Positions 12,680-25,347 of a stretch of DNA of 64,000 nt are shown in pieces. Source of the DNA: Octopus sinensis (lineage: Eukaryota); the NCBI RefSeq assembly GCF_006345805.1, contig NC_043005.1:23560001-23624000 (forward strand). Reading direction: 5' to 3'. A program made the translations under genes and the position numbers. Each line of letters opens with the position of its first letter. The first letter of the stretch is position 1. The notes beneath the pieces are model-generated. The model was given only the letters and a program-made list of their open reading frames with translations. It had not been told where the DNA came from and did no database searches.

Positions 12680-15018
12680 CGTCGTCATCATCATTTAATG
12701 TCTGCTTTCCATGCTGGCATGGACGGGACAGTTTGACAGGAGCCAGCCAGGTAGAAGCCTGCACCAGACTTCTGTGACTGTTTTGGCAGAATTTTTACAG
12801 CCGGGTGCCCATCCTAACATAACCCATCCACCCAGCATATTGGACTTAGTGTTTTTTACATGGCACAGGCACAGGCAAGGACAGTTTTGGCAAGCTTTTT
12901 ACAGCTGGATGTCCTTCTAAATGCCAACCACTTTACAGTGTGGACTGGATGCTTTTAAAGTGGCACTTGCACTGACAGGGTCACCAAGTAACTTGCAAGA
13001 CAAAGATCTTTTTGAGAGGGGAGGGGGCATTTGAAGTAAGAGAGAGACAGAAACAGTTGTCTTGCTGTAGAGGAGGTACAAGGTCACCTGGCCAGAGAGA
13101 GAGAGATCAAGAATGAAGACAAAAACAGGTATGCTGCCGCAAAGGAAATTCATGTTTGCCCAACCTGATGGAAGTGCAGGAGAAGGAGAGAGAGTGTGGG
13201 AGACAGCAGGATACAGATGGTGGCAAGTGCCAGGGCATACCCTTGAGGTTCAAACGTCATAATATAAGTGACAGGATATTGTGAAAGAAGTGTGATTAGA
13301 GAGTGCGGAGTGGGGGGCAGTGAGTGGTGAAACCCGGGTATATATAGAGTGGTGGGGCTACTGGATAGCAATGATACAGAGAAACAAGGCCATGCAGACA
13401 GGATTGGGGAATGAGCGATAGGCATAGTGCATGAAGGAGGAAAAGTGGAGAAGAATAGAGATGTAGATTGGTTTGTTGGGGTAGGATGTGTGAAAAGTTT
13501 TGTTATGTGTGCGTGGAATTCACAGGTCGGGGGCTAGCAGATATCAATGATGCAGTGAGACAAGGTGTGTGGGTGGAAAACACTGGTCAGGAGCTAGGGG
13601 ATAGCAATGATACAGTGGCACAGGGCCAAGAGGACAGGATTGGGGAGTGGGAGGTAAGCATAGAGCATGATGTGGAAATGTGAAGAAAACAATAGATGTA
13701 GAGATGTAGTTTGATTTGTTGTGGTAGGGTATGTGAGAACTTTTCTTGTTATATGTGGGTGGGACACGCCGTGTTTCTAGAACTCAGTTTCACTGATGTG
13801 GTTGGGTCTTCTCAAGAATCTCATATTACCAGACATCTTGGTCCATTGTCATTTCCTCCATGAGGCCCAACATCTTGAGATTGGTCCTTAACACTTCATC
13901 CCACATTTTCCTGGGTGTCCTTCTTCCATGAGTACTATCCACTTTCAGCGATTAGTGCTACTTTATGCAGCTCTCCTCCTTCATATGCATCACATGTCCA
14001 AAGCAATGTAGTCTTCTCTCTTGCATGCTAAATTTGATTCCTCTTATGCCCAGCTTTTCTCTCAATACATTTGCACTTTGTTGTGCATGCACATTGATGT
14101 TGCACATCCAATGGAGCATACTACCTTCATTTCTCTCCACTCTACGCATGTCTTCTGCATTCAGAACCCTTGTCAAACTACTATGTTCACACACAAGCAT
14201 CATACAGTCTATCTTTCACTTTGAGAGAGAGTCCTTTTGTTGCCAACAGAGGTAATAGCTTTCTGAACTTCCTCCACCGTATTCTTATTCTAGAAACAAT
14301 ACTGTCATAAACAATACTGAATTCTAGAAACATACTGAAGTCGGCAAGGTGGCAGAAACGTTAGCACGCCAGACGAAATACTTAGCGGTATTTTGTCTGC
14401 CACTACTTTCTGAGTTCAAATTCCACCGAGGTTGCCTTTCATCCTTTTGGGGTCGATTAAATAAGTACCAGTTATGCACTGGGGTCGATGTAATCAACTG
14501 AATCCGTTTGTCTGTCCTTGTTTGTCCCCTCTGTGTGTAGCCCCCTGTGGGCAGTAAAGAAATAAGAAACAATACTGTCAGAGCATCCGCCACTATTGCT
14601 AATTTGGTCACCTAGGTAACTGAAACTATATACAATCTCAAGAGAGCCTCTTGGACATTTGAGAGAATCTAAGTCCTGTGTGCTCTTAGTGTTTATTGTT
14701 CCTGCACATCTGTCACATACAAAGACGATATTATTTGTTAATCTACCTGTGATTTTGCTGCACCTCTTATGTATCCATAGTTTACACTGGGTGTAGTGAA
14801 TGGAATTTCTTCCAACTCCTTTCCTACATAATGAGTAGGACCATTTACTTGACGGAAAGAGTTTTATCTTCTTTCTTACTAACAAAAGCTTTGGTCTTTG
14901 CTAGGTTAACTTTAAAGCCCTTTGATTCCAGGTTTTGTTTCCTTACCTGGAATTTCTTCTCCAATTCTGCTATAGATTCTGCAATAAGAGCAAGATCATC
15001 AGCATACAACAGTTCCCA

Positions 15019-15020
<2 letters not shown>
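12680..15020 (-). mobile_element. Old degenerate RTE LINE copy with long purine/pyrimidine-biased 3' UTR, interrupted by a SINE
   Basis: Tail at ~12680-12720. RT C-terminus in ORF 13958-14203; PHD/RT remnants in 14472-14885 and 14845-15111 (SWELLYADDLALIAES). A SINE sits at ~14308-14580. Confidence 0.75.
14340..14564 (+). mobile_element. SINE family A (tail type 1) with 16-bp TSD
   Basis: TSD agaaacaatactgtca at 14292-14307 and 14565-14580; head aaggtggcagaaacgttagcacgcc; core cctttcatccttttggggtcga; tail ...cccctgtgggcagtaaagaaata. Confidence 0.85.
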
Positions 15021-15063
<43 letters not shown>

Positions 15064-15104
15064 ATATATAATATAATATATATATAATATATATATTTTT
15101 TTAC

Positions 15105-15327
15105 TACCCACAAGGGGTTAAACACAGAGGGGGCAAACAAGGACAGACAAACGGGTTAAGTCGATTACATCCACTCCAGTGCATAACTGGTACTTAATTT
15201 ATCGACCCTGAAAGGATGAAAGGCAAAGTTGACCTTGGCGGAATTTGAACTCAGAACGTAACGGCAGACGAAATATGGCTACGCATTTCGCCCAGCGTGC
15301 TAACGTTTCTGCCAGCTCGCCGCCTTT
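15105..15327 (-). mobile_element. SINE family A (tail type 1)
   Basis: Reverse complement of the family A unit, flanked by (TA)n. Confidence 0.85.
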
Positions 15328-15598
15328 ATATATATAATATATAGATTAGAGATAAAACCACTATTATGCAACTCTATATATGCGTATGATAAGCTTCCAC
15401 ACAGTTTCCATCTACCATTTAAACATTCTTTTAAATTTGTCTTAAATTCTTATAATCTTTTCTTTATAGAACACTGAATAGTGATCAAATGCTTTCATAA
15501 AACTGCTGCTTCCACTAGTGTTGTCCTCGTTGTCATCATCATCATTTCTTTTTATTCATTAAGATATGTGTCTAATAATTCCATGTCTCTACTTTCAG

Positions 15599-15700
15599 CA
15601 TTTCCTTGAAGACTCAGACAAACTATGGAAAATTCATTGTCAACGGGATTTTCGTGGTTATGAACCAGACGAGATGGAATCCTGGAGAGAAATGTATTTA
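15599..15700 (+). CDS. ELOA: Elongin A coding exon
   Basis: actttcag|CAT ... TTA|gtaaga; 102 nt, phase 0-0. [34 protein letters not shown] (cf. human [29 protein letters not shown]). Confidence 0.95.
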
Positions 15701-15843
15701 GTAAGAATGATTTGTTCTTAGGTAGTATTAGCTCTCAGAGATTTGTCATAGAATGGTAATGGAATTCAGTAGCATTCATGCCCACTTCTCTCTCTCTTTC
15801 TGTCATTTTCTCTGTCTGTCTGTCTCTCTCTCTTGAGGGCATT

Positions 15844-18800
15844 CATCATCATCGTCGTTTAACGTCCGTTCTCCATGCTAGCATGGGTTGGACGGTTCGA
15901 CCGGGGTTCTGGGAAGCCAGAAGGCTGCACCAGCTCCCAGTCTAATTTGGCAATGTTTCTACAGCTGGATGCCCTTCCTAACGCCAACCACTCCGTGAGT
16001 GTAGTGGGTGCTTTTTACGTGCCACCTGCACAGGTGCCAGGCGGGGCTGGCAACGGCCACGGTCAGATTGGTGTATTTTATGTGCCACCGGCACGGAAGC
16101 CAGTCGAGGCGGTGCTGGCATCGGCCACGAGTCGGATAGTGCTTTTTTTTTACCACCAGACCAGGGATCCTGGCTGGTTCAATTCGATTTCGATTTCGCT
16201 TGCCCCAACATGTCTTCACAAGCAAAGGGGTTGGCAGGGTGCCTGTCGTACGGTCGCATTGGAGTATTTTACGTGCCACGGCCACGAGTCGGATAGTGCT
16301 TTTTACGTACCACCAGACCAGGGATCCTGGCTGGTTCAATTCGATTTCGATTTCGCTTGCCCCAACATGTCTTCACAAGCAAAGGGGTTGGCATGGGTGC
16401 CTGTCGTACGGTCGCATTGGAGTATTTTACGTGCCACGGCCCCGAGTCGGATAGTGCTTTTTACGTACCACCAGGCCAGGGATCCTGGCTGGTTCAATTC
16501 GGTTTCGATTTCGATTTCGATTTCGCTTGCCCCAACATGTCTTCGCAAGCATGGGGGGTGGGATGGGTGTCTGTCGTCGGATGAGGTTCTATATCGACTT
16601 CGCTTGCCTCAACGGTCTTTGTGTCCAAGGGAGGAAAGGCATTCATAAGTGGGCTGGGCTCACTTGTCCTGCCTGGTCTTCTCACGTACAGAATATTTCC
16701 AAAGGTCTCGGTCTCTGGTCATTTCCTCAGTGAGGCCTAAAGTTCGAAGGTCGTGCTTCACCACCTCGTCCCAGGTTTTCCTGGGTCTACCTCTTCCACG
16801 GGTTCCCTCAACTGCTAGGGATTGGCACTTTCTCACACACCTATCTTCATCCATTCTCGCCACATGACCATACCAGCGCAATCGTCTCTCTTGCACACCA
16901 CAACTGATGCTTCTTAGGTACAACTTTTCTCTCAAGGTGCTAACGCTCTGTCGAGTATGTACACTGACATTACACATCCATCGGAGCATACTGGCTTCAT
17001 TCCTCACGAGCTTACGCATGTCCTCAGCAGTCACAGCCCATGTTTCGCTGCCATGTAGCATGGCTGTTCGTACACACGCATCATACAGTCTGCCTTTTAC
17101 TCTGAGCGAGAGGCCTTTAGTCACCAGCAGAGGTAAGAGCTCCCTAAACTTTGCCCAGGCTATTCTTATTCTAGCAGTTACACTTTCAGCGCACCCACCC
17201 CCACTACTGACTTGGTCACCTAGATAACGGAAGCTATCAACTACTTCTAGTTTTTCCCCCTGGAAAGTGACGGAAGTTGTTTTCTGCAGATTTTCGGAGG
17301 TTAATGCTCCCGAGCATCTGCCACATACAAAAACTATCTTCCCAGTTAGCCTACCTTTGACATTGCTGCACCTCTTATGTGTCCATAGCTTACACTGGGT
17401 ACATCTTATAGAGTTTCTACCTACACCTTTTCTACAGATCGAGCAGGGCCATCTTCCTGAAGATATTTGTGGATTGTCTACCTTTCTACTTATTAGTACT
17501 TTGGTTTTAGCTAGGTTGACTCTAAGGCCCCTTGATTCTAAACCCTCCTTCCACACCTGGAACTTCTCCTCCAGTTCTGATAGTGACTCAGCAATAAGAG
17601 CAAGGTCGTCAGCGTAGAGGAGCTCCCAGGGACAGCCTGTCTTGAATTCCTCCGTAATTGCCTGGAGTACTATGATAAATAGGAGGGGGCTGAGTACTGA
17701 ACCCTGGTGGACCCCAACCTCTACTTTGAATTCTTCTGTGTACATGTTGCCAACCCTAACCTTACTTACGGCATCTCTGTACATGGCTTGCACAGTCCTC
17801 ACCAGCCATTCATCTATCCCTAGTTTCCTCATTGACCACCAGATAAGGATCGGGGGACCCTATCAAAAGCTTTCTCCATGTCAACGAAAGCCAGGTACAG
17901 GGGCTTATCTTTGCTAGGTATTTCTCCTGCAGCTGCCTTACCAGGAATATAGCATCAGTGGTACTTTTTCCTGGCACGAACCCAAACTGCATCTCATCTA
18001 AACTAACTCTCTCTCTAATTAGTTGGGCTATGACCCTCTCCGTAACCTTCATTACTTGATCCAACAGCTTGATACCTCTGTAATTATTTGTATCTAGGGC
18101 ATCACCTTTACCTTTGTAGCAGTTGACTAGTATGCTGCTGCACCAGTCATTGGGTATGACTCCTTCGTGTATCACCTGGTTGACTATACGGGTGACTAGG
18201 TTATAGCCGACACTGCCAGATATTTTGAGCATCTCTGCAGTAATTCCTGATGGGCCTGGGGCTTTCCCTGTCTTCATGCTTCTAATTGCCTTAGCTACCA
18301 CGGAACTATCAACTCGGATAGCTGGTCCCTCTGTAGGGTCAACATTCGGCAGACTCTCTTTATCCCATTCATTTTCCTCATTCAGTAACCTTTCATAGTG
18401 GCGTCTCCAAGCTTCTCTCTTTGCATCCTCATTTAGCGCAAGTGAACCATCCTCCATGCGAACACATTTCTCTCCTACCACATCACGATTCTCTCTCACA
18501 CACTGTCTTGCAACACGAAATACCTCAAGTCTTTCATCCTCACGGCGCAGGACATTGGCAATTTTCTCTTATCTGCTTCCCCTCTGGCTAGATAGACCTG
18601 TCTCCTAGCTTCCCTTCTGGCAGTCTGATACCCTTCCCTGCTACCACCGTTCTTCCAGGCCTTCCAAGCCTGTTTCTTTTGTCTAATAGCCCTGTCAACA
18701 ATATTGTTCCACCACCACGTTATTTTGGGTCTTAAGGGGACTTTGCACCAGCCACAGATCTGGTCAGCGGCTTTCAGCAGGTTGTCCCTCAGAAACGTCC

Positions 18801-19930
18801 AGTTGTCTTCTACCCCATGTGTAGCTATACCCCCTTCCACTTCGTCAAAGGCTTCAAGTAACATATCTCTAAATCTCTGTCCATTCGCAGGGGCTTTAAG
18901 CTTCCAGACCCTTCTTCTCCATGTTGGTCGTCTTCTAGTCGCCCTCTTAGTCCTGATCCTAAAGTCACTAACTACCAGTCTATGTTGTGGGGTGCATTCT
19001 TCGCCTGGGAAGGTTTTGGCATTTTTAAGCAGCCATCTTTCCCTTTTTCTGGCAAGGATGTAGTCGATTTGGCTAGTATGCCGGCCCGATCGGTAGGTGA
19101 CCAGGTGGCTTGTTGGTTTCCTGAAGTTAGTGTTGCAGACCATAAGACTATTCGCATCGCAGAACTCCAGCAGCCTGGTTCCCTCCTCGTTGCGGGAACC
19201 ATAACCGTAGCCTCCATGTACGCCATGGAAGCCCCCAGCATGTCGTCCAACATGCCCATTGAAATCACCAGCCACAAAGAGAAGGTCCCTGTCGTTCGTC
19301 GATGAGGTGGTCTGCAGTAGGGTGTCATAGAAACTGTCTTTCTGTCCATCGGGTAGCCCTGGCTGAGGGGCATAGGCCGATATAATGGTTGCTAATCTAT
19401 TATGAAGCACTATTCTAATCTTAAGTATTCTGTCACTTACTCTGATTACCTCAATTACTCTATCTATCCATTTCTCAGCGATATTATACCCACGCCACCA
19501 ACCCCGTCAGTGTTCCCTGCCCAGAAAATCTTGTACCTGTGTCCCTTGCCTGTGAGGACCCTAGCAGATCCTCCTCTCCACCTTATTTCTTGCATACAAC
19601 ATACATCAACACGTCTCCGTTCAAGCATCTCGACTATCTCGCCAGACCTACCTTTCAATGTGCCAACGTTGAGGGTGCCTACCCTGAGGGTGTGTGGCCT
19701 CTGAGACCCTGGATGAGGGGCCGCAGTGTTCTGTACCTGAAAAGAAAGCTTGCATTTGCCAGATATCATACTGAGACTCTAGACTACAACCTGCATAAAT
19801 TTCAAAGTTTTTGCGCTATATGATCACAATAAACCCTACATAGGGGTGCGGGGGGGGGGGTCAAGAAAGATAGAAAACAGAAACTTCCGGTTCTGGTAGA
19901 GGGGTGGGAGGGCGGGGTCACCTCCAAGGA
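15844..19930 (-). mobile_element. Near full-length RTE-clade LINE (APE endonuclease + RT with internal PHD finger), frameshifted
   Basis: ORF pieces 19464-19769 (TLNVGTLKGRSGEIVEMLERRRVDVCCMQEIRW), 18496-19410 (GDFNGHVG, SQIDYIL), 17810-18499 and 16660-17832 (HQGSVLSP, YADD, FRYLG). ~800-bp 3' UTR and (GAT)n tail at 15844. 5' boundary approximate. Confidence 0.95.
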
Positions 19931-20299
19931 ACAACAGGTTTTAAGTTAATACGTAGGGAATTTTCTGCGACAGAAATTACTGAACATCTAGAAACTTCGG
20001 GGTTCGATTAAAACATAATATAAATAGGAGAGAGGGAGAATATTGTAGTGAATTCTGGGGATGGAATAACAACGGGATGACACTGAAATTAAAGGAGGAA
20101 TTTAAAATGCATGACAGACAGGAAGCCATGCATACAAGATGGCGAAACAAATAATAGAATGTTATTAATGTTATCAATGTTATTAATGAAAAAAAAACAT
20201 TGATTTTTACCCAGGGAGCCTCTCTCTATTTTAGGGATTTTTTTGATTTATAAGAAAGTGAAGCAATTAGAATGTAAGAGCATGAGAGAAAGAGAGAGA

Positions 20300-20600
20300 A
20301 ATATTCATATGATATTACATGCATGAATTGACACACTCACACACACATATACACACAGACACACAGACACATGCACAAACACACACAGACACATACAGAC
20401 ACACATACCCACACACACATGCATGCACACAGACACACAGAGATACATACATGCAATCACACATACAAACACACACAGACACACACTCAGACACACACAC
20501 AGACACACATACAAAGATACAGACACACAGACACACAGACATGCACACAGACATAAACACACACACACTAACACAGACACACATGCACACACACACAGAC
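20300..20600. repeat. (CA)-rich compound microsatellite
   Basis: Degenerate CACACAGA/CACATA runs; source of spurious His/Thr or Cys/Val ORFs. Confidence 0.9.
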
Positions 20601-20756
20601 CTCCCCCCCCCCAAACAAAAAAAAACAAACAAAACAAAACAAGCAAATATATCAAAGATACATTTCTGCTTGTACAAAAGACAGGCTTACTCTTTATTTC
20701 ATAGTTGATTTAGTTGTAGGAAGCTAAGACATTTTATTGTAATTTTGTTTTTACAG

Positions 20757-20835
20757 AGAAAGTTTGATGAGCGCGAAGCGAAACTCAAAGTGGTTAAGGC
20801 TAGTATTTCAGCCTCAATGTCCAAGGTTACTCCAG
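20757..20835 (+). CDS. ELOA: Elongin A coding exon
   Basis: ttttacag|AGA ... CCAG|gtaagt; 79 nt, phase 0-1. RKFDEREAKLKVVKASISASMSKVTP. Confidence 0.9.
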
Positions 20836-22804
20836 GTAAGTAACTTGGAATTCTTTGAGATTTTTCTTTGCTTTATAAGTTGATGAGAAGAGAAAGTGCA
20901 ATGTCCATTTCATGCCCTATTTCCCAAATTCAGTGTCTTCTGATGGCTGACTCGACTTTTCTGTCAGGTTAATGTTCATTTATTTGTTTATTTAATATCA
21001 GTTTTTCCATGCTAGCATGTGTTGGACAGCCACTATTTGAGACAGCATTTTATGGTTAGATGTCTTTTCTGTTGCCAGTCCTTACCTGTTTTTCAGGTTT
21101 TGGATTTTATATTCCACTGGTTTTCAAAAGTACAGAGCAGCTGGTCATAATATCAGCAACAATGTCTGCAGGATAAATGTATGCATGGAGGAGAAGTGAA
21201 GGTTTGATTGGACTATTTGTAACAGAGTGAACCCTTCTACTATATGAATATGAAAATTAGGTGATGGTGTTAAGCTGGTTGATATATTAGGTCTACCGTC
21301 CAAACTCTCAAAAGCATTCACTGACAAGATAGAAGACTGAAATTGGTTGTAGTATTAAGCCTACCACACATTACGGATTGCATCCAAAGCAAAAATCTTT
21401 TACACACCATCACTACTACTTCTTATCCATTACCATGTTGTATCTTCCTTCTTTCATGTACTATAACTTCAGTGACCTCTCCTCTAAAAAATCTTGCTCT
21501 TGTTTCAAACCACATAATGTATCCAATCTCTTTCCTTAACCCTTTCTATGTATCAGTCGCTATGTTGATTGATTATATTGTGAGAATATCAAAAAATGCT
21601 CATGGTGGATACATGTGTGTGTGTGATGAGCTCAAGATGGAATTTGCTATTAAAAACAAATCAGTCCCCTTCACCTCACTCTGTTATCAGATTCTGGATT
21701 TATTGACAAAGTAGATTGAAATGATTGCTGAATTCTGTTTTGGTTTCTTTATATTCCCTGGAAGATTTGAACTCAGTGCTCTAGGTTAAGAAAAGATTCA
21801 TTGCTACTTACATCTGTGAGTAGTTTTTTCCTTGTTGTACTTATTTGTAGCCAGGTGGACTTGGCCACTTGACAGTTTAATGTCTTGACTATAGCTACAA
21901 CACAGTGGCTGTAACATGATATGAACCACTGACTTCTTGCTTTGTTCTGTGGTATTCTATCTCTTCATTTATCCATTCTAAAACACCCACCATAGAGAAT
22001 CTGCACTAAAACTTCCGACCAGTTTCTCTTCACAAAAGCTACTTGTAGAAACTCACTTCCTATCTATGTTTTTCCCTGCAGCCTTTCAAACTGAAAATTT
22101 GGCAGGTGAGGAACAGTAACTGTGAGGCTAAAATGATGAACTTCTGACCTGATGGTTGTAAGTTCAAACTATAACTCTTCTGCAACCATTGTGTTGTTCA
22201 CTTTGATATATGGCACACAACTCTGGCATATTTCACAGTTGGATGGTCAACAATCAAAAGGTCTCCCAGCTGGAAAAAAGAAATTGTCTCCAACCTGGGT
22301 TTATAAGGTGTAAAATGGCTGTAAAGCATCAAGAAATATTATAACATTTTTTAAAATTCTGTTTTATTTGAAATGAGGGAAAATCAAAAATTAAGATGAA
22401 AGCCTTATGTTTTGTATCTGATTGTCTAACAGCTGCATTGGTGTATTTGAACATCTTGGTAACTTTCTTATTAATTAATGATACAACAACTGCAATGCAG
22501 TTTCAGATGAAACCTCTTGCCAAATTTAAGCAAGAGAGAAATAACCAATTCTTAGATCAAATCTCTAATTGAAAATATACAAGGAGGATTAATAAAACCT
22601 CAGATCAAGTTTAACACATAATTTCAGGTGAAATCCATTACTACAGTAACAGGCATAAAGAAAAAATTTCTGATTAAATTTCTTGCTAAAAGTATATAAA
22701 AAAAAAACCTGCAAAAGTTGATAGACTTTCAATATTTCAGATTCAAAAAATATTTTCTCATTGATGGTTAGTTTGTTTTCTTTGTTTCTTTGATATTTTT
22801 TTAG

Positions 22805-23032
22805 AGAGAACAGTTAAGATGGCGTTTGTAGAAGCACCTGCAAAACCTCCACGAGATGTTCGTCGCAAGCAGTTGAAGCATGGAACAGGGACCATCACCA
22901 AGGATGCTTTAGGCCCATATCGTACATATAAACCGGTTGTCAATAACAAACTTCTGGCTTCCACTGCTGCCTCCCACTCGAGTTCTTCAGGTCCTTCTTC
23001 AGCGAGAATACAGGTTTCTCAACAACATCGCT
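22805..23032 (+). CDS. ELOA: Elongin A coding exon
   Basis: tttttag|AG ... CGCT|gtaagt; 228 nt, phase 1-1. [27 protein letters not shown] (cf. human [25 protein letters not shown]). Confidence 0.93.
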
Positions 23033-24088
23033 GTAAGTTGATCTTTCTGCTTTATCTATTGAGTTGTGCACCTAGCACAGCACCCAGCTTAATACTACCA
23101 CCTAGTCCTTGGGTTTGTTTAGTGAAATTTATCCTGTTGTAAGTATTCAGATAGAGCATGAGTGGCAATGCTTACTAATTCACAGTACTAAGTTCAATAT
23201 TTCTTCTTGGTGTAACACAGAGAGGGAGCTTTGTCTGATCAAATCATATTCTATCATCTCGGAAAACAAAATGGCATTTTGGACAGTGTAGTGCAAGACA
23301 TATTTGGAAAAAGATATGATGGTCATGACTGGAATGCCTTAGATCATAAATTTGTTCTGTTAAGACTGATTTGTGGCTGGAGAAAGATGAGTTCTGTCTC
23401 TTTTGACCTACACACACTAATTGAAGACTTATTGATTTAATCCCTAGTGATTTAATGTGGTATGGGGCCTTTCAGTTGTTGCTGTTGTCTGTCTGCTTTT
23501 CCATTCTTGCATGGAGTGGACAACGTTTCTGAAACAGTGTTGTATGACTAAATGCTTTTCCCCTTGATGATCCATTTTATTGCCTGTGACAAGTAACAGG
23601 TGTACTTCTACAACTGGTTTACACAGTTGCCAGAGGGAAAATTGGTTTGTCTATAAATTTCAGACTTTTGAAGAAATATTTCTCTCCTTTTTAAATATCC
23701 AAAGAAATATATTTCCAATTCCGAAGAAATATATTTTAAGTAAGAGAGATATTTCCTTAACAACAGTTATAATTCATAAGAAAGCTGTTCTGACAATTTA
23801 GGAAGTAAATATCACAAGTCAGAGATGACAAAAGAAATATATAAACTAAAAATAGCTTTATATTGTTTCTGCTCTTTATTGTGGTGAGCTTTAATCTACT
23901 GGCAACATACTGACCATTTGCTTCTTCAGTACATTGGTCTTAGATACAACACTTGTCAGGTAATATCAACTAATATCTTTTTCATTGTCCATCCAACATT
24001 CCATTGATTTTATACTTGTTTTTTTATTGCTTCCAAATCATAACAATTTATGGGGTTTGTTGCTTAACTCCAGTCTGACAGTCATTAA

Positions 24089-24309
24089 CCCTTTCAATAC
24101 CAACCCGGCTGAAACTGCCTCTGGCTCTGTAGTACAAATGCCATGTTTACATAAGTTTTGAATTTAAATCTTCCACCAAACCTTAGTCACAATTTATGTT
24201 CCTAACACTAGCTTAATGACAATGAACTTATTTTATTAAATTCTTTGTTATATTCAAAATAATTGAAAGAAACACAAAGCATCTCAAAATAAATACGGTA
24301 ACAAAAGGG
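24089..24309. mobile_element. piggyBac-family MITE (221 bp)
   Basis: TTAA at 24085-24088, ccctttcaataccaacccggctgaaactgcc ... aaatacggtaacaaaaggg, TTCA at 24310-24313 (decayed TTAA). Ends resemble those of 4281-5367 in the opposite orientation. Confidence 0.75.
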
Positions 24310-24541
24310 TTCAGCAATGAATGATAAATCACCCTCTGCATGTAACCTTAACCTATCCCAAATATCTTTCCTGCAAGAATTCAACATAGTGCTGCAAGGA
24401 ATGAATTACTTGTCCATTTTTTGCAACTGCTGCTAGCAGAGAATTTCATCAACCATGATATCTACACTGCCCATTGATAGAATATCCTTGCAGTTGCTCC
24501 ACCTGATCTCATACATTGAAACTGACAGGAGAATCCACTTA

Positions 24542-24930
24542 TATCATCATCATTTAACATCCGTTGTCCATGCTGGCATGGGTTGGATGGTGTGATCAGA
24601 GCTGGCAAGCTGACAGGGGGTGGGGCTGCACCAGGCTCCAGTCTGATTTGGTATGGTTTCTATGGCTAGATGCCCTTCCTAATGCCAACCACTTTCTAGA
24701 ATGTGCTGGATGCTTTTATGTGGCACTGCATGGGCGCTTTCATGTGACGCTACACGAGTGCTTTATGTGTCACCGCATGGGCGTTTTTACATTGCTCTGC
24801 ACAGGTACTTTTATGTGACACTACCATGGGTGCTTTACGCACCCAAAAGGATTGGTCTTAACACTTCTGCTGCTGGGTGCAGGTCTTCTTGAGTATGGCC
24901 AAGCACAAGGTGTCTCAATCCGTTGTCATC
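24542..24930 (-). mobile_element. Degenerate RTE 3' UTR fragment
   Basis: (CAT)n-ttaacatccg tail and ggatgcccttcctaatgccaacc block. Confidence 0.7.
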
Positions 24931-25347
24931 TTACTTGAAAGGTTTACCACTCCTGCATATCTGTGTATATGTGTGGTGCATGTATCATCATCATCATCAT
25001 CATCTAGTGTTTTAAATCCGTGTTTTGTCCCCGCTAACACGGGTGGCTGGATTTACCTCAATGCCATAGCAACTGAGGTATGCAGGTGCAGCCCACCCCA
25101 ACATTTGGACTAGCTGGTGCCCATTCTCCTTTGCTATCATGAGGCTTTTTTGGAGCTGGATTTTCTATGGGATGCATGCTCTTGTTTACTTCCAACCTCA
25201 ATTTCTAGACATGAGTGATCCTGAGGCCAAGGCTGCTACTATGATTTTTAAGAAATGTGGTAGAAAACTAGCTCAGGAAGGCAGGGATACTACTCCCTGA
25301 GACCCCTTTTGGGGCTCCCTTTATATACATATATTTTATTATATATA

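Noticed and set aside
15875-16648. 257-aa + strand ORF with internal repeats (and similar ORFs antisense to RTE copies)
   Set aside because: Antisense read-through of the GC-richer repeated RTE 3' UTR; not conserved in frame between copies.
23231-23440. Protein-like 69-aa intronic ORF as an alternative ELOA exon
   Set aside because: No fitting splice sites or phase need; the DNA weakly resembles decayed LINE RT sequence.
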